Of a stretch of 64,000 nt of DNA, positions 39,479 through 52,689 are shown one piece after another. Where the stretch lies: the NCBI RefSeq assembly GCF_009914755.1, contig NC_060925.1, one strand, 5' to 3'. The stretch is from the human T2T-CHM13v2.0 reference genome, Homo sapiens. Within the stretch, counting starts at the first letter, position 1; the number at the start of each line of letters is the position of its first letter. The position numbers were made by a program, and so were the translations under genes. Below the pieces are notes generated by a model. The model was not told the DNA's origin. It was given only the letters and a program-made list of their open reading frames with translations, and did no database searches.

Positions 39479-39700
39479 CAGGGTTTCTTAACCTTGGCAC
39501 CATTGACATTTTGGGCCAGATAATTCTTTGTTGTGGGGCTGTCCCATTGTGCATGACAGGATGTGTGGCACCATCCCTGACTTCTACCCACTAGTTGCCA
39601 GTAGCACATATCCCCACCCGCAGCCAGATAAACCAAAAATATCTCCATGCATTGCCAGCTATCTGCTGGGAGACAAAATGTCCCTGATTAAGAACCACTG
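39479..39700 (+). mobile_element. MER20 (hAT-Charlie) DNA transposon, full length
   Basis: TIRs 'cagggtttcttaa'/'ttaagaaccactg'; 8-bp TSD attgaaat/atttaaat. Confidence 0.92.
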
Positions 39701-40901
39701 ATTTAAATTAAATGAAGGCCAAGGAGCCTTGAGTAGTGTTCATATCCGAAAAGGGCATTTTCAGAATTGTTCAGGCTGCTGGATCTCTCAAAGATGATGA
39801 TGTATTTTCCAGGCCTCATGTGTCTGGAGCACAGGTTGCCTGTGGTGGTGGCTGCAATGATCTCAGTGTGCCAGGCCTTCACGGGGAATACCAGAGAGGG
39901 TCCCTCTGGAGCAGCTCTTACTGGGTCATGGAGACCATCTGTCTGGCATGGTACCACCTGGCAAAATCTCTTTGCCTTAACCAAAAATATGCTTTTGTAA
40001 ATTTCCTGGCAAAGCAGGGGCTGCATTCTGTTTCCTGATTTCTCTCTTTTATTTCCAGATGTGTCACTGGTGACACATAGAGCCCAATGAGAACTCTGTT
40101 GGAAACTCAAGTTTCTCATTCTTCGCCAGCTCCGTTGTCATGATTTTCCCACCGTCTAAGCCAGTGTAGGTTACGTTACCCACGTGCTGGTTAGTGCTTG
40201 GATGTCAGTTTTCCTTTTTAAATTCTAGATCTGTAGCATGCTTTAGGGAGGAAACTTTATGGCTTATTACACAAATGGAGTTAACCCTTCCCTGCTTTGC
40301 AGTGTTTTTGTTAGTGACAGAGACATGAATTCAAGATCTGCCATTTATTATTTGTTTCATTTTGGACAACATGCTTAGCTTCTTTGATCCTTGATTTGTT
40401 TACCTTCAAAACAGAGTAACCTACCTGTCCTGTCTACCTCCATGGGATTATTATTAAAACACAATAAGATAATCTGCTCAAAAGGCTTAAACTCCCTAGT
40501 ATGATTTACTATCAGTATACCTTTTGCACCCAAGAAAACTCTACAGTATCATTGTTCATGGGCACCAAATTGTAAGTTCAGTTAAGGCAGACTTTGTGTC
40601 TTTTTCTGCCAGTTTCTAGGACCTAGAAGGTATTCAGTAAATATATGGTGAATGACAGTATGAAAAAAATTGGGAAGTCAGATTCTGTGGTTCATTGTAC
40701 CAGTGGGGGCTGGAGGGAGGTAAGTGAATGGTTTGTGTGGCTTTGTGTCATTTGTATTTGTGACAGACATTCCAAGCAATAGCATTTTCAAGGGTTCACA
40801 AGTGAGTGCCTGCAGAGGCAGGACACACTTAACACTCTGGCAGATATGCGACAAGACAGGGTAGGGAGGGGCCCAAGGGAACTAGAGAGGGCATACCCAG
40901 C

Positions 40902-41250
40902 TGTCTTAGTCATTTTGGGCTGCTATTAAAAAATGCCATAGACTGGGTGGCTTATAAACAACGGAAATTATTTCTCACTGTTCTGGAGGCTAGGAAGTCC
41001 AAGATCCAGGCCCCAGTTTATTCCATGTCTGGTGAGGACTCACTTCCTGGTTCATAGGTAGCCATCTCCTCTGTGTCCTCAAAAGACGGGAGGAGTAAAT
41101 GAGCTTTCTGGGATCCATTTTACAAGGGCCCTACTTCTTCATGACCTAATCACCTCCCAAAGCCCCCCCCACCTCCAAATACCATCACCTTGAGGATTAG
41201 GTTTCAACACAGGAATTTTGAGGGGGGGATACACACACTGTCTATATTGC
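40902..41250 (-). mobile_element. MLT1A/MLT1A0 MaLR solo LTR
   Basis: 'tgtcttagtcattttgggctgct...agactgggtggcttataaacaac...ttctggaggctaggaagtccaagatc...catgacctaatcacctcccaaag'. Confidence 0.88.
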
Positions 41251-41849
41251 CAACCTAAAGACATTCACAGTTACACATTTTGAAGTCTCTGCATCAGCTA
41301 AACAAAATATGTCTTTGGGCCAATTTAAGTCTTCAGACAAAAATTTACAACTCCTTATTGACAGAGTACCTAATATAAATACTGGGACAGATGCGGGGCA
41401 GATAAAGATGAGGTGCTCAGGATCCGGCAGCAGTGATAGACAGGAAATTAGTGAGACAATGAGAATATCCAAGATACATGGAGAGCTTAGCCCAGCACTG
41501 TCCAATGTCCTTTACAAATGACAACTTGTATTTAATCCTCACAACAGCCCAATGTGAGTTAGTGGATATTATGTCCCCTGTTTTATAATGAGGACCCTAA
41601 GGCACAAAGAGGTTGATATTTTGCCAGAGGCTTTGAAGCCAGTATCTGGGGAATAATAAAATGCAACGTGTATGTCCAATGACAAAGGAAACACAGAAGC
41701 CCCCTCTTAGATCTCACTACTTCTACTCCTGCCCCTCCAGCCCCTCCATTTGAAGATCCCTGAGGGATCTGAAAATGCAACTTTGATCGTGGCACAGACC
41801 AGTCCTGAGGTTGGTGCAGTGACATCCCCATGCCACAGAGGCCCTGTGC

Positions 41850-42120
41850 CTTCTGGACGCTGCCTCTCTTGCCAGCCTTGCCCGCCCCTCATGCTCTATG
41901 CTCCACTTCACTTGCCCAGACAGACAAGCACTTTGCCCCTTTGCAGCCACTCTCCCCTTTGCCTGTGTCTCCTTGTTATGCAGGGCCTTTCTTATTCCTC
42001 AGGCCTCAGATCAATGTCACCTCCTCAGAGTGGGCCTTTGCTGCCCACGCTGCCCAAAGATGGCCTACTGGGTCACTTTCTTCTTTGCCACTTGCTTATT
42101 TCCTTCCTCACGTGTGTGCC

Positions 42121-42169
<49 letters not shown>

Positions 42170-42300
42170 TTTCTGATGCCTCCACTTGACTGTAAGCTCC
42201 AGGAGTGCAAAGATTTTTGTCACGTTCACTGCTGCATCCCATTGCCTGAGACAGTGGCCAGCATGAAGGAGATACACGAGAAAGCAATGTGTGTGCACTG
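41850..42300 (+). mobile_element. L2 3' fragment containing a (GT)n repeat
   Basis: 'ctcagatcaatgtcacctcctcagag', 'gactgtaagctccaggagtgcaaagattttg...gttcactgctgcatccc'. Confidence 0.7.
42124..42167. repeat. (GT)22 microsatellite
   Basis: Perfect GT run; potential Z-DNA and likely polymorphic. Confidence 0.97.
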
Positions 42301-44429
42301 AGTGAGCGAGCACATGGGAGGAGCTGACTTCATGGGGCAGATTCAGTCAGAGAGACTGTGGCTGGCCTGGTGTCACATTGGTGAGAAGTGGCACAGTCGG
42401 GATTTGAACTGATCATGACAGCATCTCGCTTGAATCCCATCATTGCCTCCCTACCGCGCTCAGGTTGGACTCCCTGGTGTTTACCATGGACAATGAATCT
42501 TGATGTCTGGCCCCTGTAGCACTTCTAGCCTCTTCACCCTCAATTGTCTGCACATCCTCCCTTGCCCCTTTCTATCTGCACTGACTTCACCGTCCCTCAG
42601 TCACCCCACCTTCTTTCTTTCCCTGCTCTTCCTTATGTTCTCTTCCCACGGCAGGCACCCTCTGCCCTTCTGTTTCATGGGGCTGTCTCTTCATTGTCCC
42701 TGAAATTTGAACTTCAGTCCTCCTCCCCCCGCAAACTTCTTCCAAGCCCATGGACTAGACTAGAACCCCCTCAAGTGCCCCTCATTGCATTTATCATGGT
42801 TGTAACTCTATAGTTATTTTTGTAATTTATTGTCTTTTCTGGCTTTTCTGCCCATGGCCCCTACAACAACAGCATGTTCATCTCATTCTTCTTCTGCCCT
42901 GGCTCGTTAGGTAGGAGGTGCTTACATAAACGTTTGTCAAGGAAATGAATAAATGAATAAATAAATGAATAAATTGCTGGATGAATGAATGAGAGTAAGT
43001 GAATGAAGAGTTCCTGAATTTGCTTTTATGCCACCTCCCTTCTCTGGGAAATTTCACACAGGATAGGATTTCTCTGGCATAGAGCAACACTTCTCTTTGT
43101 AGATCTCAGCCTGTGCCTGGAGACTGGGTAAAGTTGAATGACGGGGTGCAGGAAGCCTTGTGTTGTCTTGTCACAACACAGGAAGGGAAAGTACTTTGGC
43201 TTTTACTGTTGTAAATAGGACTAAAAGTAGCTCTTCGGGGGTGATCTTTGTTTACCACTGCCTAAGGCCACTGTCCTTGGAGAAAGGTCAGGAGGTGGGT
43301 GTTTACAAGTTCTGTCCAAACTCTCCCATGACACTATGCCACAGGCCCTCATTTCCCTGACCCATTGTTAATTAGAGCAGAGGAGGAACTTCAGATGCTG
43401 AGTTTGTCTTTGAAGAAGGATCCAGACCCTAGGATGTCATCCTGGAGACTTTGCTCTTCCTTATCCTTCATACCTGGTCCTCCACCTTCCTGACAGTTTC
43501 TCTTCTTCCTCATGGTTATTGGGAGATAGAATGGGTGGCAGATTTTTATTGTTTCCTGAGGAGCCCTGTGCTTTAATTTCCATTATGTGTGAAGATGTCT
43601 GCCATGACCACCAGGTTGGGTGTTCTGCTAGATTGGTGTTTGGGAGCCAGTTGTAGACAGAGTCAACCAGAATATAAAAAGTGTGAGTGCAGAGATAAAC
43701 CCACTCCTGCCCTATAACGACAGTAACAAAACTGGCCCAGTGGTAGAGCTCTCATCACAGGCCAGGCACTGCGCTAAGCACGCAGTCTGCACCCCTTTAG
43801 ACTGGCCCATTCTCTGGAAAGTTTCAAACATACACATCAGCAAAGAGTATAATGAAATCCTGTGTACCCATTACGTGTAGGGGCTGAAAATGTATTTGCC
43901 TTGATCCTGCTTTCAAAGCAATGGGTCTAGTGACTGCTTTGGGGGAGGAGTTAGGGAAGTGCTTAACTCATATTAACACTGATATTATAAATTTACAGAA
44001 TGCAGCTCGCTCTGGAGATTATATCTGGTTATATATGTGCACATATCAGTGATTGCTATAGTCCCCTGGTAAGGGGATATATATTTAACTTAAAATGTTC
44101 TGTTTGGAGTTTTTACATAAATGTCACTAAATACATGAATATTTCAGACCCCCTTCCCAGTCTAGAGTAGTATTGGGTTAAGGGAACTAACTGTTTTGAG
44201 GGAATCTGAGCCAATTTAGTCTGGCAGGAAAATCATGTAGTGAAGTAGTGAGGCCCACATGGCCTCTGACCAGTCAGGGAGAGATACTGAAGTTTTACAA
44301 GAGACCATTTAATGAGAGATTATCCATAAAACTTGATGCACAGATTTCAGGAGAAGTCTTTTTAGTACTTATGTGTGTGTGTGTATGTGAGTGTTTAAAT
44401 GTGGCAGGCTAAAGTGAAGAAATACGACT

Positions 44430-44680
44430 GCTACTGATAGTAGCTATTGTTTATTGAGGGCCAGTATATGGGTCAGTTGCTGTGCCAGGAGGTCCTTTGA
44501 CTACAGTCTATTCCTCACCAAGGCTTTTAGTTCATTGTTATTACCACCATTGTAGATGTGAGAACATGGAGAGTTTCAGAGAGTTGCCCAAGACTATTCA
44601 CATAACAAGTGGCAGGGCTGGAATTTCAATCCAAGTTAGCCTGTTTGCAAAGCCTTTGCCCTTTCCATTAGACTACATAG
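44430..44680 (-). mobile_element. MIR SINE
   Basis: 'ccattgtagatgtgagaaca...gagttgcccaagact...acaagtggcagggctggaatttcaatcca'. Confidence 0.7.
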
Positions 44681-47600
44681 CATCTTAAAATATTCTGGCT
44701 GCTTACTTGAGAGGTAAGTATCAGTTGGGAACTTACTCACTTCCTTCTTTGTTTCAATATACAACCCAGAATGCTTTACAAATTCTGCAGAATTAGCCAG
44801 TGCTCATGTTTAGGCATATCATAGATTTTTTAAAATGGCTAATGTTGCTGTTCCTCTCCTTGTGCTTTGGAAAAAATTTTCAGAGTCCGATACCTATTGT
44901 GACAACTTTTCTAAACACTCAAAGTGCCAAGTTCATCTTGTTAGCTGTTCTTCCACCAGGCAATCAAAACTCATGTTAGTTCCCTGTGGATTCATTATAG
45001 TCCCCGGGAAACCAAAAGTTTTGCCTGTGTTTGGCACATACCAGTTAATTGCCTAAATTGTAACTTCTGAGTATTAGGAATTATCTTAAAAACTAATACC
45101 AAAATTTGGTATGATGTATTTCAATTGAGGGGGAAAATATTTGGAAATGAATTTATTTTGACTCTGGGGTAATATCTTTTGCTTCACATTTAGAAATTTA
45201 CATACTGGGTTACTTCCATGACCTAAAACAACTTCCAAGTTTTCTTATTTCCTCAGTACCCCTAGCTTTGTTCTGGATGAGGCCAGTCTCTGTTCCAACG
45301 CATGATTTAAATATACACGGTTCTGCATCTTTGTCTATAATGTTTATAATATTTACTATCTCATGAATTTTTTATATCTACTTCATAATCTACTCTCTCC
45401 CTCTATTTTTCCTTGCACTTGACAGCCCAACTGGATGTTGTCTCTTAATTCTTTGTCACTTCATGGCAGTTTATAATTCTTTAATGTTACTTATTATATT
45501 TCAGCTACACTGCAGTAATGGATGGGCCCATTTTCTCTCCTCCAGCGTACTGAATGGGACTGTGTCTTGTCTCCGTGTGCCTGACACCTTGCATGGAATT
45601 TGCACCTCATAGCCGCTCAATAGATTTTAATTAATTGAAATTTAAAAGGGAACTTGTGTGGTTTTGTTTAAACAAGACCATAAATTAGAAACAACTATTT
45701 TCATGAATTTGAAATTCCCAGAAACATTATTCTTTAATACTGTACTTTTGTCGAGACTGAAGAGTTTGGCTTTATAGTAAATGAAATGAATCACAGAATC
45801 ATTGAACCAGAGTAACAACAATACTAATAAAAACACCAGAAATCATCTGTGTAATCCATTCCTCTCTCTTAATGCCAGACAGTTCCCCAGCCACCTTAAA
45901 ATGATAGAACTCTCCTTTCCTTAAAGATCCTTTTAAAGAAGACTGTCATCTTTTCCCATTCCACATCATCATGTCTTCTAGCCCTACAAGTTAGGCAGCT
46001 TCTCCTCAGATGATCGAAACCCTCCCTTACTGAAATTTATGCTTATTGCTTTCATAAAGATGAAAAGCAGCTGCTTTTAACTGAAAATAGTTCTCTTCCT
46101 AAAGATGGTTATTCCATTATTCCATATCCTTCTCTTCCCTAGGCATAATTTTCCTTTCCATCTGACATTCCTTTTTGTTCTATATTTCCAAACCATTGAA
46201 TACTACTCTCTCAACTTACGGTTTTTTGCCTAAGAAAACTTGGACTGGGTGTGATTAGTAAGTGATCGTTGATTTTAGATGTACTGAGAAATATGTCTCA
46301 CACCATTAAAACTAGTCGATCCAGCCAGGCTGGTGGGTAACTGGAATACTGTGACCTCAAATGATATGTGGTGGTATCTTTTAAAGCCTGCCATCAACCA
46401 TTCCCATCTCAGTTTCTCCAGTTGCTTAATTTATAAGACATAATTTATTTGTTATAAACTGCTTTGCAAGGTTCAAAAAAAAAAAAAAAAAACGGAAATG
46501 ATACACAAGAGAATTAGATTGAATTTAGGCCATTTTTTCCCCCTCATATCTGGTTTTTAAATAAGCCCTAAGAGTGCTCTCAATTAGAAAAACACATGGT
46601 AATTCTAAAGGAGATAAAAAAGGAACATGTACACTCCAAGTGCACTTTTATCTTTTCATATTTAAGAAACCCCACAAAGCTCCTTCTTGCAAATTAAAGA
46701 GGATAGCAAGCAGGCAGCTTTCTTTCCTCATTTAGTTTAGCAAGCATATTGATTTACATTTGAGTAGGGGCCTCTGATCTCTTTTGTTTGTGGGTGGCTT
46801 TGTTTGTTTTTAATATGAACTCATTTAAAAACTAAGCTTATGGACTGAGTTGCAAAGGTAGAGCTTCAGTCCAACACTCAAAGTAGTCTTCCTATGCAAA
46901 AATAAAATAGATATTTATGTATGTGGTAGTAGGTCAAAGAAGACATCAGTGATAACTATTGATTCAGTAAATATTAAACATCTACTATGTGTCCTCCTTA
47001 CTAGGAAGACTAAAATGTAGAATGTACCATCCTTGCATCTAGTGTGCAGTGTAGTATGGGAGAGAGAAATAATTTAGCAGGTGATCATAATGCAATAAAT
47101 GCTATGATAGGAAGCAATTAAGGCACAGTGGAGGGGCGAATAACACACCTTTGGATGAATTCCCAGAGGAATTGACACCAGAAGGTGATTAGGATTTACC
47201 AAGGTTAAGAAAGGTGAAGGTGTTTCAGGAGTGCGTTACCAAGTACAGAAGTGAATGGAAGTGTGACCCATTCAAGATACTCTTGAGTTTGTTTCAGCCA
47301 GAGAACGGACAAACAAGGGAAAACTTAAGTACTCTATCCTGGGTTCCTCAGGATGCACACTTTAAGGACGTTTTGCGTTTTTCTCTGGTATTTATTTATT
47401 GAAGTTCTCAGAACCTCCACAGAGCTAATTTCTGTAGCCTTTTGTGCTCCCATAAAGCTTTATATATGTACCCACATTTAAAACTTTCTTACAATACTTT
47501 TTGCATTTCCTCCATATGTCTATTTTCCCATCTACTCTCTGAGCTAATCAAGGGAGAAGACCTAGTACTCACGTCTATCTATCTGCAGTGCCATGCTGAG

Positions 47601-48792
47601 TGCTTGCAGAAATGTGTTTGGGAATCAGTGCATCTCTCTATGAATGGCTAGAGCATTCTAAGTGGTTTTGCTTCTAACTGTGCAGGAGGGCACAGTTTGG
47701 GCCCAATATTGGTTTGCAAATTCAAGATAAGAACCAAGAATTTGATTCTTAACTCAATTTTATGTTGACTTGAGCAGGCTGAACTGGGTTGCTTATGCCA
47801 TTATTTCATTTAGTTCGGATAATGGCTATCAAATTAGCTGACAACCCATCTCAGTTCCCTGTAGTATTCTTAGCAGTGTCTTAAAGTGGGTTTTCATTTG
47901 AACATTTCTTTATTATATTTTCTTTCTCAGAAGTAGCCAAGAGATGATGATGATGTTGATGCTGGGGAAAACAATGGTAACAAGAGCAGCTGCTTTTTAT
48001 TGGGTATGTGCTATGTGAATTAACCCTGCACTTAACCTTTTAATGAATTTATGAGATAATTACTACTGTTACCTTCTTAACAGATGAAGAAAATGAAGAG
48101 CAAGGAGGATATCTTACTCACTAGTGAATGATGGCTTCACCATGTCTGATCCAAACTGTACTTTGTAATGCCTTCTTCATAGCAGCACTAAAATCTAAAA
48201 GTCTGGAAGAGTCTTTAGGAGATCAGTTATTCCATTTCACATCTGGGGGCAGGATTATGCTTGAACTGAATGCCTTGGTCCACTGCCTGAAATGTATCCT
48301 CTACAACCTTTGTCCACCTGGTGAACTCCTACTCATATTTCAGGACTCACAATTCAAGCTGCTACTCCCAAGTGAAGCTTCCTTAATATTCCCAGGTAGA
48401 GTTGCCCTCTTCCTCTGTTGTTCCTCTTAAATATCTTGTATTTCACTCATGAAATTCACCAATCATGCAGAGGGTATGTTTCTAGAGGCAGTTTGTATAG
48501 TTGTGAAAGGTATGGACTCTGCAGCTAATTGTTTGGGTTCCAACTCTAGCTCTACCCGTATTAGCTAAATAATATGGTGCTCTCTTCCCCTGACAGACTG
48601 TTAATCCCTTGAGGCCAGATAATATTTACAAGAATTTCTTAAATGGCTAAGTCACAAAATTGTCATGTTTTTTACCTTAATAGCAAGTCTGAATGTATCC
48701 TCCTTCTGAAGAGCTGATGTATTGTTTCTGCTGGTTTCTGCATCTTGATCCCTGAAAGATATTGAAAACCTAATTTTAAGGCCATTTTCCTG

Positions 48793-48834
48793 TTTGTTTG
48801 TTTTTGTTTTTGTTTTTGTTTTTGTTTTTGTTTT
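48793..48834. repeat. (TTTTTG)n simple repeat
   Basis: Tandem TTTTTG hexamers. Confidence 0.9.
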
Positions 48835-50639
48835 CCATTTCTGTTTCCTTTCCCTCTTTTCCTGTCCTTCCTTAGAGACAGGACATCTTGAAAGGTACGA
48901 AATCTTCAGGTCTGTACTTCTACTTCACCAACTTCCTTTTAATGTTTTTACCTCTTTGTCTTGTGTGGAAAATCTTAATCTGACTCTTTCTGCTTTGTGT
49001 CAAAGGGATACTGTTCATGTTAAAATTCTCAGCTCTGAGAGGTATGTGAGTAGGCCGTTCCTTGGGTGATGGGACAGTTGACATCATATCTGAGAAGAGC
49101 ATCACCATGGTGCCCTTTACTTATGGCCGTTGTCATGATGACAGTCATAGCCACCTGGAGCACAGTGGCCTGACAAAGACAGGAATAGGAAGAGGGAAAT
49201 AATTCGTCCAACACTTTTGTATTTTGCACAATGGGAAAAGAGTGGCATCATTTCTAGATCCTAAACCAAAATTGATAGAAAAAGAAGACTAGAATGATAA
49301 GATCTGCTAAATATTCTCAGGGGGTTGAAGTATCAAATATCTGCAGATGGTATCACTGAGCAAAATCAAGGAGAGCAGTTTAGGATTTTTAGTATGAGGG
49401 AAATGATAATGCTTTTCAGTACTTCTTAGAGTTGTCAGTGTCTCATAAAAGATAAAGAATATTTGTTGAGTGACCACAACTTGCTGGGTACTGGGCTACA
49501 CTACAGTATAGTATAGTTATTACTGAGAATTTGTAGAGATAATCCTAGCTTATCAAGGAAATATTTGTTTTATAATTTGTTCAGGTGCTTATTTATATTG
49601 AAGAATATTCTCAAGTTAAGATGATTTTTTTAGATACTCCAGAGGCCAGAATTAATCATAAAGGGCCCTAATAGCCAAAAAGAATTGAAATGCACTAGGC
49701 CAATTGGCAGACACTATTTCAGTCTGCTCTCTTTCATCCTTTGCCAGGAATTGTACATTATCTCTTTAAGGCAGAGCAGCCTTGGATGACCATATATTAA
49801 TATGATAACTTGCTTTTCCTTGCTCCCCACCCCCCAACTAGTGGCTTTAGAATAGCTTTGCTATTTTTCACTTATTTCTTGGCAGTAGCACTAGATCCCA
49901 GGCTTACCGATTATGCACACTTTAGATAACTTTGGGTCAGCTCAGTACTGAACAAATGGCAAGTCAGGAATGCCATTAAGACTGAAGAATGTTGGAAGAT
50001 AAGGATTATATAGACACCACTGTCCTTATACACACTGTGTTGTCCTGTAATTGGATAGGCCAAAATGAGTTGACACTGGAAGAGGTATTTTAATATTGGA
50101 GCTTATAAAATGTTTAGAAATGTTTTCCTATCTGAGTCAGACTGAGATAGGTATGTATGTTTTCTGTCTCTTCTGAGTGACACTGGGAAATAGTTATGAT
50201 TGGGAATAGGCCTTGGTACCAATAACCTCATATATACACTAGGGTAGACCTTGCAGAGGAAGCTGGCACCAGGGCATGGGACCGTGAAGCAAAGGGGTTC
50301 AGAAGAACTAGAGAGTGGTCCAATAATGAGTCTTCAGATGGCCAGAGGCAAAGGCTGAGATCAAGCCTCAGGTCCAAGAAGCCAGAATCATAAGCCTGAA
50401 ATAATTGAGTGAGAAACCCAACATTACTAGAATGGAGAAGAGGCTAGGGGAAAGGCAGGAGCAAACCCAAGGGCTGGGGGTCTGAAGATGTTACCATCAC
50501 AAGGCAGCCCCATTTTAATGGCCTCTAGCCACAGGGTTTGCCATTAAAAACTGTAGGAGTAGACAGATGCTTGATGGAAACCCTTGACCCCGGGTCTTTG
50601 CTCCCTTAATGAAGGAATCTAAGGCAAAGTAGAGATTCT

Positions 50640-51320
50640 TTTTTTAACATTTAAACTTTATTTTTAATTGACAGATAATAATTGTACATATTCATGGGGT
50701 ACATAGCAAAGTTTCCATACATATAATGCATAGTGATCAGATTAATTAGCATATCCATCTCAAGCCTTTTTCATTTCTTCGTGTTGGGAATGTTTAATAT
50801 CCTCTTTCTAGTGATGAGAAACTGTATAATACATTATTGTTAACTGTAGTCATCTTACAGTGGTATAGAACAGGGCTCCCCAACCCCATGGGGTTCTATA
50901 CCACTGTAGGATGACTAGGGTTAACAATAATGTATTATACAGGTACTGGTCTGTAGCCTGTTAGGAATCTGGCTGCACAGCATGAGGTGGGCGGTGGGCT
51001 AGTGAGCATTACCACCTGAGCATCACCTCCTGTCAGATCAGCAGTGGCATTAGCTCCTCAAAGGAACAGGAACCCTATTGTGAACTGCGCATGCAAGGGA
51101 TCTAAGTTGCACGCTCCTTATGAGAATCTAATGCCTGATGATCTGAGGTGGCACAGTTTCATCCCGGAACCTTCCTCCTCGCAACCCCCACCCATGGAAA
51201 AATTGTCATCCACAAAACTGGGTCCTGGTGCCCAAAAGGCTGGGGACCGCTGGTATAAAACAGAGTTTATTTCTCCTTATCTAGTTGTAATTGTGTATCC
51301 TTTAACAGATCTCTCCCTAT
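50640..51320 (-). mobile_element. L1MA 3' end, antisense, interrupted by MER1B
   Basis: 'taattgacagataataattgtacatattcatggggtaca...cattattgttaactgtagtcatc' resumes after 51260 with 'tttatttctccttatctagttgtaattgtgtatcctttaac'. Confidence 0.88.
50871..51252 (+). mobile_element. MER1B (hAT-Charlie) DNA transposon with an internal inverted insertion
   Basis: TIRs 'cagggctccccaacc'/'ggctggggaccgctg'; 8-bp TSD gtatagaa/gtataaaa; internal 'aaccctattgtgaactgcgcatgcaagggatctaagttgcacgctccttatgagaatctaatgcctgatgatctgag'. Confidence 0.93.
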
Positions 51321-52249
51321 CTTTTTACATGTCCTTTGATACCATAAGCTCTATGGACACCCTATAATATTTCTTCATTATACTTACCCTTCATAGTAAT
51401 TACTAGAGTGAGCTCTTCATGGATTTTTCTCTTTTACTAGACTCTAAGCTCCACGAAGGAAGAGATAATATCTGTGCCTGGTACATAGTAAGAGCCTAAT
51501 AAATATTTTTGGAAGGAGGGAGAGAAAGAGGGAGGAGGGAAATAAATGGCTCTTTTGCTCCTTTTCTTCATGCCAGGGCAACACTCAGCTTCTGAGGTAT
51601 GCACAGCAAGGATCTTGCTGAGATGGGTGTGGCCACTTGCTTGCCTCACTTCCAGCCCTGGGCACATGCAGTTCTTTCTACCTGGTGCAGTCCTCTTCCT
51701 CCCTGCTCTGGCACTTGCCTCTGCTTCCACTTCTGCTGCTGCTTCTTTTTCTAGTCTCCTGCAGCCTAATCATCCTCTTGACACATTCTTTCTTTAACCA
51801 TCTGAATGCCTTCAGTATGGTTCCTGTGAGCTCTGAATGTTCTGGAAGCCATTGTTTTGTTTTGATAATTTTGAATATTTTACTCTTGCTCATTATGGAT
51901 TAACTTTACAGCTGAACTCTCAAAACCAGACTTCATTTTCCCAACTTGAGAGAACATCTCATTGTTGTCCCTGTGTCCTTGCCTATGGCACACATCTCCC
52001 GAACACCCTTTTTTACCAGAACATCCTCACAGCAAACCTAAGGCAGCTAACTGCTTTCTACAGCTCTGTGTTTCTTGACCTCTTCCATCTGTTTTATTTT
52101 CATATTTTTCCTTTGTTAAAAAAAGGAGATAACAGACAAGAAAAACACGAGAAATTAAATACCTCAAAATTACTGTACATTTTCACTTGGAGTAACCAGT
52201 CTTTGTAATGTTTTGTAAATATCTTTCCCTGAGTGGGCCTGAATAAGCA

Positions 52250-52480
52250 TGTAGTTAACAAGCATGGACTTTTAATTGATCAGGGCAGGTTTTGAACTTC
52301 TGTCCTGCTCTTTCCTAATGATACAACCTCCAATGACTTAACTTCTGAGCCTCAGTATTCTCTTCTGTGAAATGGAAATACTAATAATAGTATCCTCACA
52401 AGTTTGTTGTGATATTCAGTAACCCACATAAAATTTCTATGCATAATGCCTGGCGTATAATAGGCACTAAGTAAGCTGTC
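52250..52480 (+). mobile_element. MIR SINE
   Basis: 'gacttaacttctgagcctcagtattctcttctgtgaaatggaaatactaatag...atgcctggcgtataataggcact'. Confidence 0.75.
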
Positions 52481-52689
52481 ACTTGTTTTCTTTACTTTCC
52501 TGCTTTCTCTCATATTGCCTCTAATTAGTACCGTCCTTATTTTTTAGGGGACAGATCCAAATCCGTGAATCCAGGGGCTTCATCACGATCTTGGAATATT
52601 TTGGTGGCAACTTTAAGATCTTTTGTTTTCTGACTCTTAGATCTCTTTCTTTTGGTGGCATGGGAAAATTCCCTCAACTCGATTATTTA

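Noticed and set aside
41750-42301. Longest ORF (183 aa)
   Set aside because: Runs through an L2 relic and the (GT)22 repeat (CVCVCV); no domain or exon structure.
51044-51367. 107-aa ORF
   Set aside because: Lies within MER1B and L1MA non-coding sequence.
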